This document shows, piece by piece, positions 41,010-58,117 of a DNA stretch of 64,000 nt. The translations under genes were made by a program, and so were the position numbers. Position 1 is the first letter of the stretch; each line of letters begins with the position of its first letter. The stretch spans positions 69,750,001 to 69,814,000 of the forward strand of contig OZ024745.1 in assembly GCA_964016885.1 (NCBI GenBank), read 5' to 3'. This DNA is from Eledone cirrhosa. Its lineage: Eukaryota. The notes below the pieces were generated by a model. The model saw only the letters and a list, made by a program, of their open reading frames with translations. It was not told the DNA's origin and did no database searches.

Positions 41010-41352
41010 TATATGCATATATGCATTCACACACACTTCATTTGGATATATAAACTGCTTAATCCTTTAAATCTGGGAAGAAAGGCATGATAAACGCTAT
41101 TTCGGACATAATACGACTGTCAAATGAAGGTGACATGTGAATAAAACGGTGATGAAAATTCGTGCTCACTTTAGATTCAGATAACTGCTTCAGATTTTCT
41201 ATTCCACTGACATTCCACGTGACATTCACAAACTTGACGTTTCATTACATCTATGATTCACTGCATATCTGCTTATTTCTACTTCGTTGTCTCTCTCTCT
41301 GTCTCAGTCACACTCTCGTTTTCTCTCTCAATCTCCCACTTCATCTCTCCCA

Positions 41353-41434
<82 letters not shown>

Positions 41435-42271
41435 CACACACAATATATCCTCCCATCTCTAATCTTTTCTTTTTTCCTCTCTCTCTCTGCATTCGTACCC
41501 GTGCTTAGAAACGTATATACACGCACAAACATATATATTCACACTTATCTCGAAAAGTATATAGCCATATTAATTCACGCGAGCTAATAAAATATATAAC
41601 CCTATTGGAATTGAAGAGAGAAAGAGAGAGAGAGGAAAACATAGAGAGGGGTTGAGAAAGAGAGGGAGAGAGTGAGAGAGGGGGAGAAGGAGCGATTTTG
41701 AACGAGAGTGTGTAAATATATATGTGCATATGTGTGTGTAAAGAAGGAACTAAAAATCTTAAGCGGAAGGCGATGGAGCACGATTGAGCCACCTGGCGAT
41801 ATGTAGTATTAAAAGGACTCACCCGCCAGTACAAACAGGGCTATAAAGTTAGATGTGATAAGTGATCAGTGGCTTCAGATCGAAGTTCAAATGGAGAGAA
41901 TGTAAGAAGTGAGAGTGCTCTTCAGTCTGGTGTACTATTTGATGGTATATCTGGTGAGGGTGCAATGATAAAAGGCACTTTGCACACGCTGTAAACGTTT
42001 AATGTAAGTGCCACAAAAAATGTGCACAGTCCGCTCAGTAAAGCGTAAGCGCAGGAGTCAAGAAAAACACTACAGTTACATCGAGTAATGAGTTAAAAGG
42101 AGCATTAAACCATTAAAATCATCCTAAATACTGAGCGGAACGAGCAAGATAGGTTGCTTCGAGCCACGAGGACTCTAAATATAAAACTTATTCAAACCAT
42201 ACCAGATTGGAAAGTGGACTAATTGCTTTTTCTTATTATGTATCTCTGTCTTATTATTTTTTATTCTTGAA

Positions 42272-42323
<52 letters not shown>

Positions 42324-42544
42324 GATTGGAACACCTTAGAATTAAGGACAAACTGAAAACACACACACACATAGAACAAACAACCAATCAGCAACATGTA
42401 TATAAACAAATAAATAAACAAATATAAACACACACAGGAACTCGAATGTAACACATGCGCAAACTAAGCACACAACACACACACAAACAAGATCGCGTAG
42501 GACAGAACAAAGGAGAGGCACAAAAACAGAGAAAATAATCCCCA

Positions 42545-42587
42545 GTCACTGAAGAGGTCACAGAATGTGTGACGAAAGAACTTTGAC
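42545..42587 (+). ncRNA. Minimal type I hammerhead with an extra base after A9
   Basis: GTCA-CTGAAGA-G-GTCACA gaatg TGTGAC-GAAA-GAAC-TT-TGAC. Confidence 0.65.
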
Positions 42588-42802
42588 AATATATATGAAC
42601 AATCGTCTGGTTGTGGAACCAACCAACCAACCAACCGGAAATTTATAAATTCCTAAATTTATAAATTTAATTTATAATAAATTGAAGTGTAACAACCGAT
42701 GCGTGTGTTTCTTATTGGCAACAGGACCCTCCCAAAGCATAACAATATCCGTTTCAACACACGTGTTCAGATAAATAATCTTGCTAAACAAATTCAGAAA
42801 CG

Positions 42803-42849
<47 letters not shown>

Positions 42850-42952
42850 GGTATTAAAATTTCCGTAGAAAACAGAAAAGGTCATAGAAGTGAAGAGTGC
42901 TCTATGTAATTACCAGATCAAAATTTTATGTATACAAATCAATACAATATAC

Positions 42953-43028
42953 TTACCTCATTACCAGAGGTTTCCCGAAAGAGGCGAATACGAAAGAAAC
43001 GTCTTCATTCGTTCGTCAGACGAGGCAA
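42953..43028 (-). ncRNA. Type I hammerhead about 1.5 kb downstream of the Naiad ORF
   Basis: Minus strand TTGCCTCGT-CTGACGA-ACGAA...TTCGG-GAAA-CCTCTGG-TA-ATGAGGTAA (9-bp stem I). Confidence 0.75.
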
Positions 43029-43917
43029 TATAAAACATGGCTAAATACTTAGAAAGTCTCATCGAGAAAAGCAAAAAAAATTATATATAAATATAAACAA
43101 AGGAATTACGATAAACATATGAAATATATAAAAATCTTTCAAGAAATATAGTTAGGTGTGTGTATATGTATGTATATACGCTCACAGATGTACATACATC
43201 TGTATGTACAAATGTGTACGTATAGTGAAAAAGTGTGCGTAAATATATATGTTAGGGCTAGTGTATCTATGTATCTGTAAATTACAGACAGACATGATGT
43301 GATTCTCTGTCTGGCAGGTACATATAAAAACAGGGTATTAGATACATTATAAGAATATGAAGGCACGCGTATAAACACACCCACACGCACGTACACCCAT
43401 ATGCGGAAGTAAAAGAGGTAAGGGAGTGTAATAATTAAAAGAAAGTATCATTCTCGATATATTTATAAAAATGGAACAATAATTTAAAAATAAAAAATTA
43501 AAGAAAAGAAGACAAACAAGGTACAAGTGTACACACACACATATATCTACAAGAAACGTATATCTATAAGAAGTATATATATATACACGCAAAAACGTGC
43601 AGATAAAAGCGTATGCAAGCACACATACACGCACACAGGATGCACATATATACGCATATACGCCTCGCCCCATGTATATCTAAACACGCTCACGCACGCG
43701 ACTGTATACACACTCGCACACACACACAAACATATACATGCTTATATACATACGCAGACTTACACATCCATACAATCGGTACGTACACACACACACACAT
43801 ACATACATACACTCACGCATATTGACCTGTTTACATGCACACACATAAAAATGAGGATGTAAAAAAGAAGAAAAAACAAAACAAAAAACATAGATGTAAA
43901 AACACAGAAATAAAGAC

Positions 43918-43971
<54 letters not shown>

Positions 43972-44248
43972 GCACGCGCGCGCACATACGGAGGCGTTCG
44001 TGTACATATATAGAAAGTATACACACATTAAGGTACTCAGACACATAGATACAGGGTGTAAAAAGCCTTGTGGATAAGTAAGTACAAATATAAAATTATA
44101 AGATTGGCTGCGAAATAACAAAAAAATATCTGGAGTGGAAAACGCAAGTGAACTGTTTAATCAGTTAGTGAAGAAAATAGTGGAAAGTGAAGATATTAGG
44201 TAAGTGAATCGGAGAATAAAGGGGGGGGGGGTATAGGTGGATGTGAAG

Positions 44249-44399
44249 TAAAAATAAAAATAAAAATAAAAATAAAAATAAAAATAAAAATAAAAATAAA
44301 AATAAAAATAAAAATAAAAATAAAAATAAAAATAAAAGTAAAAATAAAAATAAAAATAAAAATAAAAATAAAAATAAAAATAAAAATAAAAATAAAAAT
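44249..44399. repeat. (AAAATA)n hexamer repeat in the 3' UTR of the Penelope-like element
   Basis: Direct reading. Confidence 0.95.
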
Positions 44400-44501
44400 G
44401 AAATTAATAATAAGGATAAAAATGAAAGTAAATCAGAAAGGGTAGTCATAAAGAGAATAATAAGAGTTTATGGAGGATAAGTATCTGAAAGTGTGTTAAG
44501 T

Positions 44502-46653
<2,152 letters not shown>

Positions 46654-46798
46654 CATATACATATAAATATATATATGTTTAAATATATTATATATATATA
46701 AATATATATAGATATATGTAAATATATATAGATATATAGATATATATTACATATACACATATATATCTATATATATATATATATATATATATTACATT

Positions 46799-47047
<249 letters not shown>

Positions 47048-47256
47048 TGATATGACGGGTCCCTATCATTAAATTACCCCAGACACCTCCAATGAGATAT
47101 ACCTTGGAGGATGCCAGCTAAACCTGCATTTGTGTGAGCTGTCACACACATATATATGCATGTATGTATGTATGTATGTATGTATGTATGTATGTATGTA
47201 TGTATGTATGTATGTATGTATGTATGTATGTATGTACGTATGTATGTATATATACA

Positions 47257-47731
47257 TGTCGCATGTTCGAGTCGTCGGCGACTAAACCGGCAACCCCACC
47301 ATGTTTGCTTGGTGAGGAGGGTGATTTTGGACACCCTGCAGGACAAAACAAAACCTGACAAAGGGCGTAAGTACTCATAAGAGTCAACGGCCATCCAAAA
47401 TTGTGTAAATATGTATATACACATGTACCGCATGGTTAAAGTGAAGGATCTCTAGCCTTTGTCAGGGATTTTTTCTAGGGGAAGGCAACTCAAGAAACTG
47501 GGATAACTCTGATATAAAACCTGCGGCTCAGTAGTTACCGATGATGTTGATATTTTCTTCTTTCCGGGTTATAGCTACTGTCACTAGGAGAGTCGGATTG
47601 GCTCAGTGCAAAGTCTTTCCTCACTTTAAAAAATACCTTCACGCAGGCATTGCACGATAAAATTAATTAATAATTATTAATAATGGTATATCGTGCAATG
47701 GCCATACTAGATAATGAGGGGGCAGCCATCA
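47257..47731 (+). mobile_element. Older diverged copy (D) of the RTE-derived bipartite element
   Basis: GGCGACTAAACCGGCAACCCCACCA...GGTGAGGAGGGTGATTTTGGACA and 3' end GGCCATACT..GGCAGCCATCATATA match copies A-C. Confidence 0.65.
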
Positions 47732-47765
47732 TATATATATATATATATATATATGAAAAAGTTTA

Positions 47766-47902
47766 ACCCCGACAGCAGAGCTCAAGCCGTTTCGACGGCT
47801 ATTTCTGGGTTTAAACTTTTTCATATTACCCACTCTACTACCCAAAGTATTAAGTACTCTGGTGCGTTATGGTACATCTGGTTCCTTACCACACTTCCTT
47901 CG

Positions 47903-47904
<2 letters not shown>
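47766..47904. mobile_element. Rearranged fragment of the U3-A8 hammerhead pLTR family
   Basis: 47766-47808 is the reverse complement of the hammerhead 3' half; 47824-47904 is the forward tail shared with 16975-17055 and 52050-52131. Confidence 0.7.
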
Positions 47905-47981
<77 letters not shown>

Positions 47982-49667
47982 TCTATTCATTTATTTGTCT
48001 GTGTGTGTGAGTCTGTGTATTTAACAAAACATCGAAATCCAGACTTATTCACAAGTGCGAAAATCTCCTAATATCTATCCGTCTAATAAACCAAATTACC
48101 ATCGAGAGATGTTACTATAAATTACTAGAAATCGATGACAATTGCAATGTCTTTGTAATTGTTATCGATCAAGAACTTATAAAATGAAAGCTGAGACCAA
48201 ATTTGGGAAGATTTGGTTGGTATTTCTTGTACGTGGATGGACCGGGTGGTACTTTCCTTGTTGCTCGTGTAGTAATGTTAATTCAAGATGTAACAGATGC
48301 ATAAACTACACAGCATCACTATCTCAGCATAGTTGCAACTAAAAAAACAATATCGATTTAGGCTGGTCTAATAAAAATAAACAAATTTTGATATATGCTA
48401 TTTCGTTTAAAGTCCCCAACGTAACGCTTCATCGACTGAAATAATACAGTCTACATATTGAAAGAATAGAATGAATGTTTCTGATTAGAATGTCGTTGGT
48501 CATAAATCTGTTTAATCAACCCGTACCTGGGGTCATTTAAATAAAAAGAGCGGCAAAATCAAAAGCAACATTTGACGAAAATATTTCCTATACCTTTTAC
48601 AGAAGCAATGTAATTAAGATTTTATTCGATCTACTCAAATAAATAACATATACATCGACATATAGAAATACGTAGATATAATTGAAATACAATACATTCT
48701 TTCTTAAAAAGATTTACTCCATCATCAAGTCAAAATGTTTTAAATATAGGATCACACAAGGAAAGAGCTGTAGCAATTTCAATTTTCAGTTAGACCCTGG
48801 AACATCCAAAATATCCGATTTGCTACAGAACGTAGCTTCACTCTACGGAAAATTATACTTTTTGCTCTTTCTCTATCCCTCTCACCCTCTCTCTTTCTAC
48901 CCCCCAACCCCTCTCTCATAAACTCTCTCACACACACACACATGTAGTCACATTTATATACACGCTTACACACTTCATCAGGAGTTACTCTCCGTATACC
49001 CTGTTGGATAACAGCGAGTCTATAAATATTTGAACATTTACGAGCAGAACATTTTCTCGAAAGAAACTTAATAGCGTGACATTTCGGTTATATTAGGTGA
49101 GTAATTTATTAAATGGGAACAAATAATTAAATTTAACCATATGTGCATGAGAAAATTGGAAAATAAAGTTGGTAGAACATTCCCATTTCCTATTTTGGCG
49201 TTCTAATTTGTACGGAAAGGTTTTATGTTATTTTAAACAAATATATAAAAAATATTCTTTTTTTATTGAAGCATATTATCAATTTATAGAAAAACACAAA
49301 AGTTAAATTGTATTACTTTGCAAGGTGGTTGGGCAAGTTGCTGCAGAGAAATTATTAGAAATCAAAATCATGCTTTCCTGTTATGTACGAGTATTTAGAT
49401 ATTTATGATTGAAATAGAAAATTAGCTTTGAAATGTCCAGTCATTTCGATAAAAAATATGTCTTAATAGATTTATGTATGTACGTTTCTCTATAACGACA
49501 TCACGTCAGAGGTTAGCAATATATAATCATTTTATTTGCTGTGTTTCCACTAAATTGCTTTCATAAATATAGCACCATCAATATGTAGCTGTACTTCCAT
49601 TGAAATGGACCGATATATCATATACTTGGTTAACTGAATGAACAGTTATATATATATATACATACAC

Positions 49668-49726
<59 letters not shown>

Positions 49727-50772
49727 CATGTAATTAGCTGATTAAATAGAATTTAAAGTGATAAATCTAATAAATTTCATAACTGACGTTACAAGGAGCA
49801 TGCGCGGATGAAACATGAAATAAATGGCTTGACATTGATTTCAAAATATTGATTTTTCTGTAAATGTGCACGTTACTTCCTTAATTATACTACGAATAAA
49901 TATTTTCTAAATGTCGTTTTAATTTTATAATATCCCTCCTTTTACAATGTTGCTTAATTATTATTTGATGATTAAGATTGTCAAAAATATCGCAGTTTGT
50001 GTCTACTTGTAATAACGAAGAGAGAAAAGGTCGATGTTTTCATTAATTTGCAGTTAGATCTGCTTAACAATCTGGATTATATGAAAGTTGATCAAATATG
50101 TCAAAATGGATCATATAATTTCTGTTAAACATATCAACATGGCAGTAATATTTTGAAGGATATAAAAAGATATATCGAGGTTTAAATATAGTACCTTATT
50201 CAATTTTACATAATTCATACATGCATTAATTTTAAGCAATATCATTCATTTATTCTCGCCGATATGGATATTAAAAGCTGTAATCAGGTATAAACATATT
50301 ACCAGCGTTGATTTTGTTGTCTTAGTCGCAAGGAGAAGTCTGAGGCGGTTAAGCTATAATCAAATGCGTCCTAAACACGACTACACACATTTATTTATCT
50401 AGGAATTTACTATCCAATGTGAGTGGCCTTCCCCTACTTAAGGTCAATTATTGGGAATTAAAGTGGTTCACGTAAATACAACACATTCTGCTGGGTTTGA
50501 TAACGTAAGTATAATTCTCAGGTTTGGGGAGCTATATAGTTTACTATACAATATCCATAGTCTGCCATATCCCTCCCATGGTCGACTAGACATATCTTCC
50601 TGTCTAATAAAGTAAACTCATTACATTAGAAACAGAATTCACATTGAACAGTCCCTCATAGTTACCTGTATGTACGTATTCTGTAAGTTTGATAGAATAT
50701 TTCCAGAATATATAGCAAGAGATATCAATCATATTTGGTGACAATTGTACCAGTTATTACAACACCAAGCAG

Positions 50773-51190
50773 GATGGTGGATTGACAAATGTGCTAGTGG
50801 CAGGAAAACGTTATGCTGTATATATTTAGGGCCCTCTACGTTTCTTAGTTCAATTTCGCCAGGTCAGCTTTGCCTTTCATCCTTCGCGTTCAATAAAATA
50901 AAGTTTCAGTAAAGTGCTAAAGTCGATGTAATCGACTTTCCACACCAATGAAATGAGTGGCCTCGTGTTTATGCTACAAACAATTATTACTATCGTGGTT
51001 GAGGATTGGCTTGATCTCTCGAGCATCGGACAGCATTGTTTGCGATATTTAGTTATGGATCTTTACGTTCTGAGTTCAAATACTACTAAGGTCAACTTCG
51101 CTTTTCATCAATTCCTGACCGATAAAATAAAATACCATCAAATACTGTGTCGATCCACTAAATTGCTGATCTTGTGCCTGAATTAAAAAT
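50773..51190 (+). mobile_element. Two adjacent Nin-like SINE copies
   Basis: GCTTTGCCTTTCATCCTTCGCGTTCAATAAAATAAAG and TTCTGAGTTCAAATACTACTAAGGTCAACTTCGCTTTTCATC..CGATAAAATAAAATACC. Confidence 0.55.
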
Positions 51191-51924
51191 CATTATTATC
51201 ATCATTCTTATTAATTTACGTCTTCTGTCTCAATGTCTAATATGGTTTGCCTCCTTAATTAATGAATTGTTGTTCGTTCTTTATCTTTCTTCTATGCTAC
51301 GGATTTCTTGTTTCACTGCTGGTCAATATATTCTAACTTATAATGAAATTCTTTCTTTGGATGTCGACAAAGCGATCGAAATATCGTTGCTGATCCCCCA
51401 CATCACCCATGCTTGTTTGTCTGGGATTCACAGTACACCAAATATTATGACTCATATGTTTTCGAGCATGGCTGTATGGGTAACTATGTGCGTTGTATTC
51501 TACTGTGTTAGATCTCGGCTAAATGCTGACCCGAGAAGGATGAGTGGAAATGAATGGGACACAAGTTTGTCGACGTCCATGTGGTGGACTCTGGCAATTG
51601 AGCACTGTTCTCTGATCTCTATCGGGTGAACGACAACAACATGAGACCAACTCATACGCAAGAAGAAGAATTTGAATTGAGTAGAGGGAAACTATGAAAA
51701 GAGCCCGTCGGATTGATTGTACCGGTAATTCAAAGGACCATCCTTAGCACACATTATCCCGCTGCAACTCTATGACAATGACATTAACATTCTTCTCTGT
51801 GCAAGCAGTTAGAACAGGACCACTCTCTAAGGGAGACTTCCTTCTTTTCTCACCCCAGGTCTGTTGTGACTAAATAGCGTTATTGGTTTTCCCTTCCTCT
51901 TGTAACGCAGTAATATATATATAT

Positions 51925-52128
51925 ATAGGAACATGTATGACCCCGACGGCAGAATTCAAGCCGTTTCGAGAGTTATTTCTGGACTAAAGTTAGTCCAGAA
52001 ATAGCCGTCGAAACGGCTTGAGCTCTGTCGTCGGGGTCATACTTGTTCCTATTACCCACTCTACTACCCTAAGTATTGAGTACTTTAGTGCGTTATGGTC
52101 CATCTGGTTCCTTACCACAATTCCTTCG

Positions 52129-52131
<3 letters not shown>
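51925..52131. mobile_element. Fold-back fragment of the U3-A8 hammerhead pLTR family (~63-bp inverted arms 51925-51987 / 51990-52052)
   Basis: Palindrome made of the hammerhead 3' half (TAGCCGTCGAAACGGCTTGAGCTC..GTCGGGGTC), then the family tail, between (TA)n runs. Confidence 0.75.
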
Positions 52132-52168
<37 letters not shown>

Positions 52169-52379
52169 ATATTGACATCTGGTGAATTTAGATCAATTTC
52201 ATAGGTTCGGTTTTATATTATAAGAAACTTCAATCATGAGCTGATGTTGAAGTATAGTGTGGTTTAATGGATACCTTACAGCAATGGCTCTTAGATGAGA
52301 AAAGGATACAACAACCTAGTGGTAATTAGCAAGGTGATAACAATGGGCATATATTCTGAAAAATAAACGCTAATTACCA

Positions 52380-53055
52380 GAAAATTGGATATTTGTATTT
52401 ACGATAAGCAAAGTAGTCTATCTAGAAACATCAGTCGGTATATTAGTTTGAAGGATATGCTTGAGCAATTAAAGAAGAGAAAATAACAATGAATCACCTG
52501 ATTTAAAAAGAGAGTGTTGTAGGCGTATCACCTAGATGTGACAACAGATGTATACTCTGCGAAATTAATAACGAAGATGTCACTCACAACAAAAGCAGCT
52601 ACAAAGAGATATCGTCAGGGTACTATCTACCAATGAGGCAAGATGTAGAGGCCAAAACACCACACAACAGAATTCGTAGAAAGGATGACGTTGAGAATAA
52701 ACACATAATAAGTTACGGTGATGTGGAGGACATATCAATACATAATGTGAAGTGTAATAGAGGAATGCTCCCGACTAAGAAGACGTGTAGAGCAGTGGAA
52801 ATCTGCTCTGTAGATACCCATATAATGCTACTGATTAGCGGATAAAAGCATATTTATTCTGAACTAATGAAGAATCTGTAGATACTCTACCTCGACTATA
52901 ACTTTAAATTTGTACCTGTCATCATTGGGTTATTGATATATGTTAATAACTTCCTCTGTACAGATATTTAGAAGCAGGGATTCGCAGAGCTAGAATGGGT
53001 ACGGATAGTTAGGGAGTTGAAGGTACAGAACGTTTATGGGAATGTAAACATGAGA
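52380..53055 (+). pseudogene. R4/Dong-like RLE non-LTR retrotransposon remnant
   Basis: DNRCILCEINNEDVTH..SS..YYLPMRQDVEAK; later KTCRAVEICS.D..YSELMKNL..LY.DYNFKFVPVIIG. Confidence 0.6.
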
Positions 53056-53358
53056 TTCAGCAGGTAATAATTGCATATACATATGTGTAAATACATGAAC
53101 ATGCGGGCGTCTACAAATATAGCTCAAAACATACAGATGTACAAATGCTAGAACACTGATAACTACACAAACACAACGCACGAACATATAGCTTTTTTAC
53201 TCATTTATCTAGTTTATGTTGTCTAATTTCAATGAAAGAGTCTTATTTCTATGTTAGAATCCGTCTCTCTCACTATCAATGAACATTTATATAAATAATA
53301 AACCTAGAGGAATGCACACTAACAAGCATAAACACGCACGCAGGCACAAACACACACT

Positions 53359-53438
<80 letters not shown>

Positions 53439-53583
53439 AGTGTGTGTTTGTGTGTGCGTGCATGTTAATGAGATATTTAGAACGTGTGTATACATATATT
53501 TATGTATGTATTAGTATAGAAATATGTATATGTATATATATGTATATATATGTTTGTATGTATTTGTATATGTATGTATATAT

Positions 53584-53643
<60 letters not shown>

Positions 53644-54200
53644 CAAATACATACAAACATATATATACATATATATACATATACATATTTCTAGACTAAT
53701 ATATATATACACACATATACAAATACGTACAAACATATATATACATATATATACATATACATATTTCTAGACTAATACATACATAAGTATATGTATACAC
53801 ACGTTCTAAATATCTCATTAACGTACAGTCAGTGTGTCATAATGATGTTATTAATTAGAACTAATTAAAGAAAGTTCGAGCGCGGATGAGATCTCTATAA
53901 ATATATAATCGATCTTCTCAATGAATGCTGAACATTCTAGAGTAAACTAATCCTTCTTCGATGATTCTCTCAATAATTAGGTGTAGGTTTATTGCCATTA
54001 ATATGTCAGTTCAGTTGTACTTTAGACTACATAACTAATGAGTTTGACGATATATACATTCTGAACTATTTATCTATATATCTCACAACCACTCTTGATC
54101 CAGCTACGAGAGTTTACATTCATAATGGCTTTGAAAACACTCGAGGAAATCATAGTTATTGGAAGTTCATAAATGCATATACGTATACAAACACACACAC

Positions 54201-54265
<65 letters not shown>

Positions 54266-54319
54266 TATGTAACAGGTAAACAGAAATAGCAACACAATCT
54301 ACATATATATATATATATA

Positions 54320-54929
54320 TGGTGGCTGCCAACTCGTTTTCGAGTACGGCCACTACTTTATATCCATGTAGGCGAACCCTTACCGATGCAATGAACGAGT
54401 GTGACTTTTTAGTCCAGCCAGCGACTTCAAAACTCTGGTACAAACACTACACTTGTGACAATTATTGACACATAGTGCTGGGCCCATGGTACCATGTGAC
54501 GACAAGTGCAGAGAGATCTTCAGATATAAAGCAATGCCTGTGCCGTGAAGCTTTTATATTGAGCAAAGGCACTGCACAAAGCCAGTCCCACTCTCTTAAC
54601 CAAGATGATATTTACCAAAAAGAAGAACAAGTCAACATCATTGGATACCATCAGAGTTGCAGGTGTTATATCAGAGATTTCCTTCTCCTAGAATTCTGCC
54701 TTGACAAAGGCTAAGGGGTCATCTCTCCCGGTGATTTTGGATGGCCATTGACTCTTAAGAGCTCCTTTGCCCTTTGACAGGTTTTGTTTTTCGTCCTGCA
54801 CGATGTCCAAAGTCACCCTCCTCACCAAGAAACCTTGGTGGGGTTGCCAGTTTAGTCGCCAACGACCCGACCATGAGACAGGCTGTACTGGGATACATGT
54901 TACCAGTAGCACCAACTGGTGACCTGACA
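54320..54929 (-). mobile_element. Non-autonomous RTE-derived bipartite element, copy B
   Basis: About 610 bp; structured 5' region plus C2H2 stub CSVCTRVLKSLAGLKSHTRSLH* (about 54380-54460) and (TA) tail. Confidence 0.75.
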
Positions 54930-54944
54930 TACATACATACATAC

Positions 54945-55590
54945 ATCATCCTCATCATCATCAACGTCCAACGTCCGTGTTCCACGCTTGCATGGGTTTA
55001 GACGTGGGCTCTCCCACCTGAGGCAAGAGTGATTGTCCCGCTCGCATAGGACCGTCTGGCAGGCCTTCCACAGTTGGATGCCCTTCCCAACACCAACCAC
55101 ATTTACAGTGTGGGTCTGGGAGGCCCTTACCGTGCTGCCCACACGGCCACATCACAGCGTGGACCGTGTGCTTCTCTGTCGCGACACCCACACGATCTCA
55201 TTTGTTTCGGCCCGGATGGTGTGGCACCAACACAACTTTACACAGAAGGGGTCGGTGTGGATGGGGTGGGGGCGGTGGGACGGGGTGCAATCTGTTATAG
55301 ATGCCTACCGGACGTAGTAGGCTCCACCATGCATTTAGGTAAGGCGGGTCCTCTCCACCACTGAGTACCGCCAAAGGTCTCGGTCCAGTGACACTGTCTT
55401 GGAGAGGTGCAAGTGTGTGAGGTCGGAGTTCTTCAGCTCGTCCCAGGCCCCTCTAGGTCTGCCCACTCCGTGGCCACCGTCTAGCTCTACTGCCCTGCAC
55501 TCTGTTATACAGCTATCGATCTTCATGCGCACCACGTGTCCACACCAACGTAGCCCTCCCTCAAGTAAACAACATATGATCCCTCTTATA
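54945..55590 (-). pseudogene. RTE-type LINE 3' fragment with 3' UTR and (GAT)n tail
   Basis: LRWCGHVVRM..ELDGGHGVGRPRGAW..D..L....DRDLWR; UTR GGAAGGGCATCCAACTGT...GGACGTTGATGATGATG. Confidence 0.8.
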
Positions 55591-55600
55591 CATACATACA

Positions 55601-56347
<747 letters not shown>

Positions 56348-56500
56348 ATATATATATCACAGAAAAAAAAAGAATCAATGTTACGACGAATGGAAGTTAT
56401 TGGACATATTACAATCGTTTCTCTGGCGACCAGCTCGAGGCACGATCGATTTGATGATAGAACCTGACTCTAAAAATCGCAAACGATTGTAATATGTCCA

Positions 56501-58117
56501 ATAAAATATATACTATTTCCTCTCCCAATTAGGATAATTAACTATATAAAAAATCGAATAGACCAGGCTATACGAATGAGGCTTCTATGAAGGAATCTCC
56601 GACAAATAACCAAAACTAGCGCTTCGCGTCGGCCGTAGTGGATTATTTATCGAATATTTCGACAGCGTAATCGCCTAGATACAGTCAACTAAGCAGAATT
56701 AGCCTGGTCTATTCGATTTTTCATATAGTTAATTATGCTAATTGGGAGAGGAAATAGTATATATTTTATCTTGTGATTCTATAGACATGTTTTTTTATAT
56801 ATAGCTCTGATTGTTTAATTTATTAATTTTTCATTGAGCCACAAAGTGACCAGCTGCAAAACACGTATATGTATGTGTATGTATATATATATATGTAAAC
56901 TTTTATATGTAATAATCTCCCACTAGGTTGAGATAAAAATTTGGCTGTATTGTGCTGTGCTTTCTAGCAAAAATGCCACCAGTCGTAAGCAACTACCACA
57001 CCCCTTCCAACTTGACCGCGACTACGTCACGATTTTTAGCCATTTTGAAATGAATTCTTGGCGCGATCGTTTTGGAAAATTTAATGTCTAGATATGAGCG
57101 AGCTTCCTGACGAATCCGGCGCTCGAGTTTATATAATTATTACATAATTATTGGAGAACTCAAAGCACGGACGAAACCATGGTAGAGGTCTTGTAAATGT
57201 ATTCTATTTTGTCCTAGTTTATTTTAAACCTAATTCTGCTTAGTTGACTGTATCTAGGCGATTACGCTGTCGAAATATTCGATAAATATTCCACTACGGC
57301 CGACGCGAAGCGCTAGTTTTGGTTATTTGTCGGAGATTCCTTCATAGAAGCCTCATTCGTATAGCCTGGTCTATTCGATTTTTATATAGTTAATTATGCT
57401 AATTGGGAGAGGAAATAGTATATATATTTATTTTGAGATTCTATTATCATGTTTTATGATATATAGCTTTGATTCTTTATTTATTAATTTTTCATTCAGC
57501 CACAAAGTGACCGGTTCCAAAACACGTATATGTATGTGTATGTATATATATATATGTAAACTTTTATATGTAATAATCTCCCACTAGGTTGAGATAAAAA
57601 TGTGGCTGTATTGTGCTGTGTTTTCTAGCAAAAATGCCACCAGTCGTAAGCAACTACCACACCCCTTCCAACTTGACCGCGACTACGGCACGATTTTTAG
57701 CCATTTTGAAATGAATTATTGGCGCGATCGTTTTGAAAAATTTAATCTCTGATATGAGCGAGCTTCCTGATGAATCCGGCGCTCGAGTTTATATAATTAT
57801 TACATAATTATTGGAAAACTCAAAACACGGACGAAACCATGGTAGAGGTATTTAAATGTATTCTATTTTCTCCTAGTTTATTTTAAACCTAATTCTGCTT
57901 AGTTGACTGTATCTAGGAGATTACGCTGTCGAAATATTCGATAAATATTCCTCTACGGCCGACGCGAAGCGCCAGTTTTGGTTATTTGTCGGAGATTCCT
58001 TCATAGAAGCCTCATTCGTATAGCCTGGTCTATTCGATTTTTTATATAGTTAATTATGCTAATTGGGAGAGGAAATAGTATATATTTTATCTTGTGATTC
58101 TATAGACATGTTTTATG

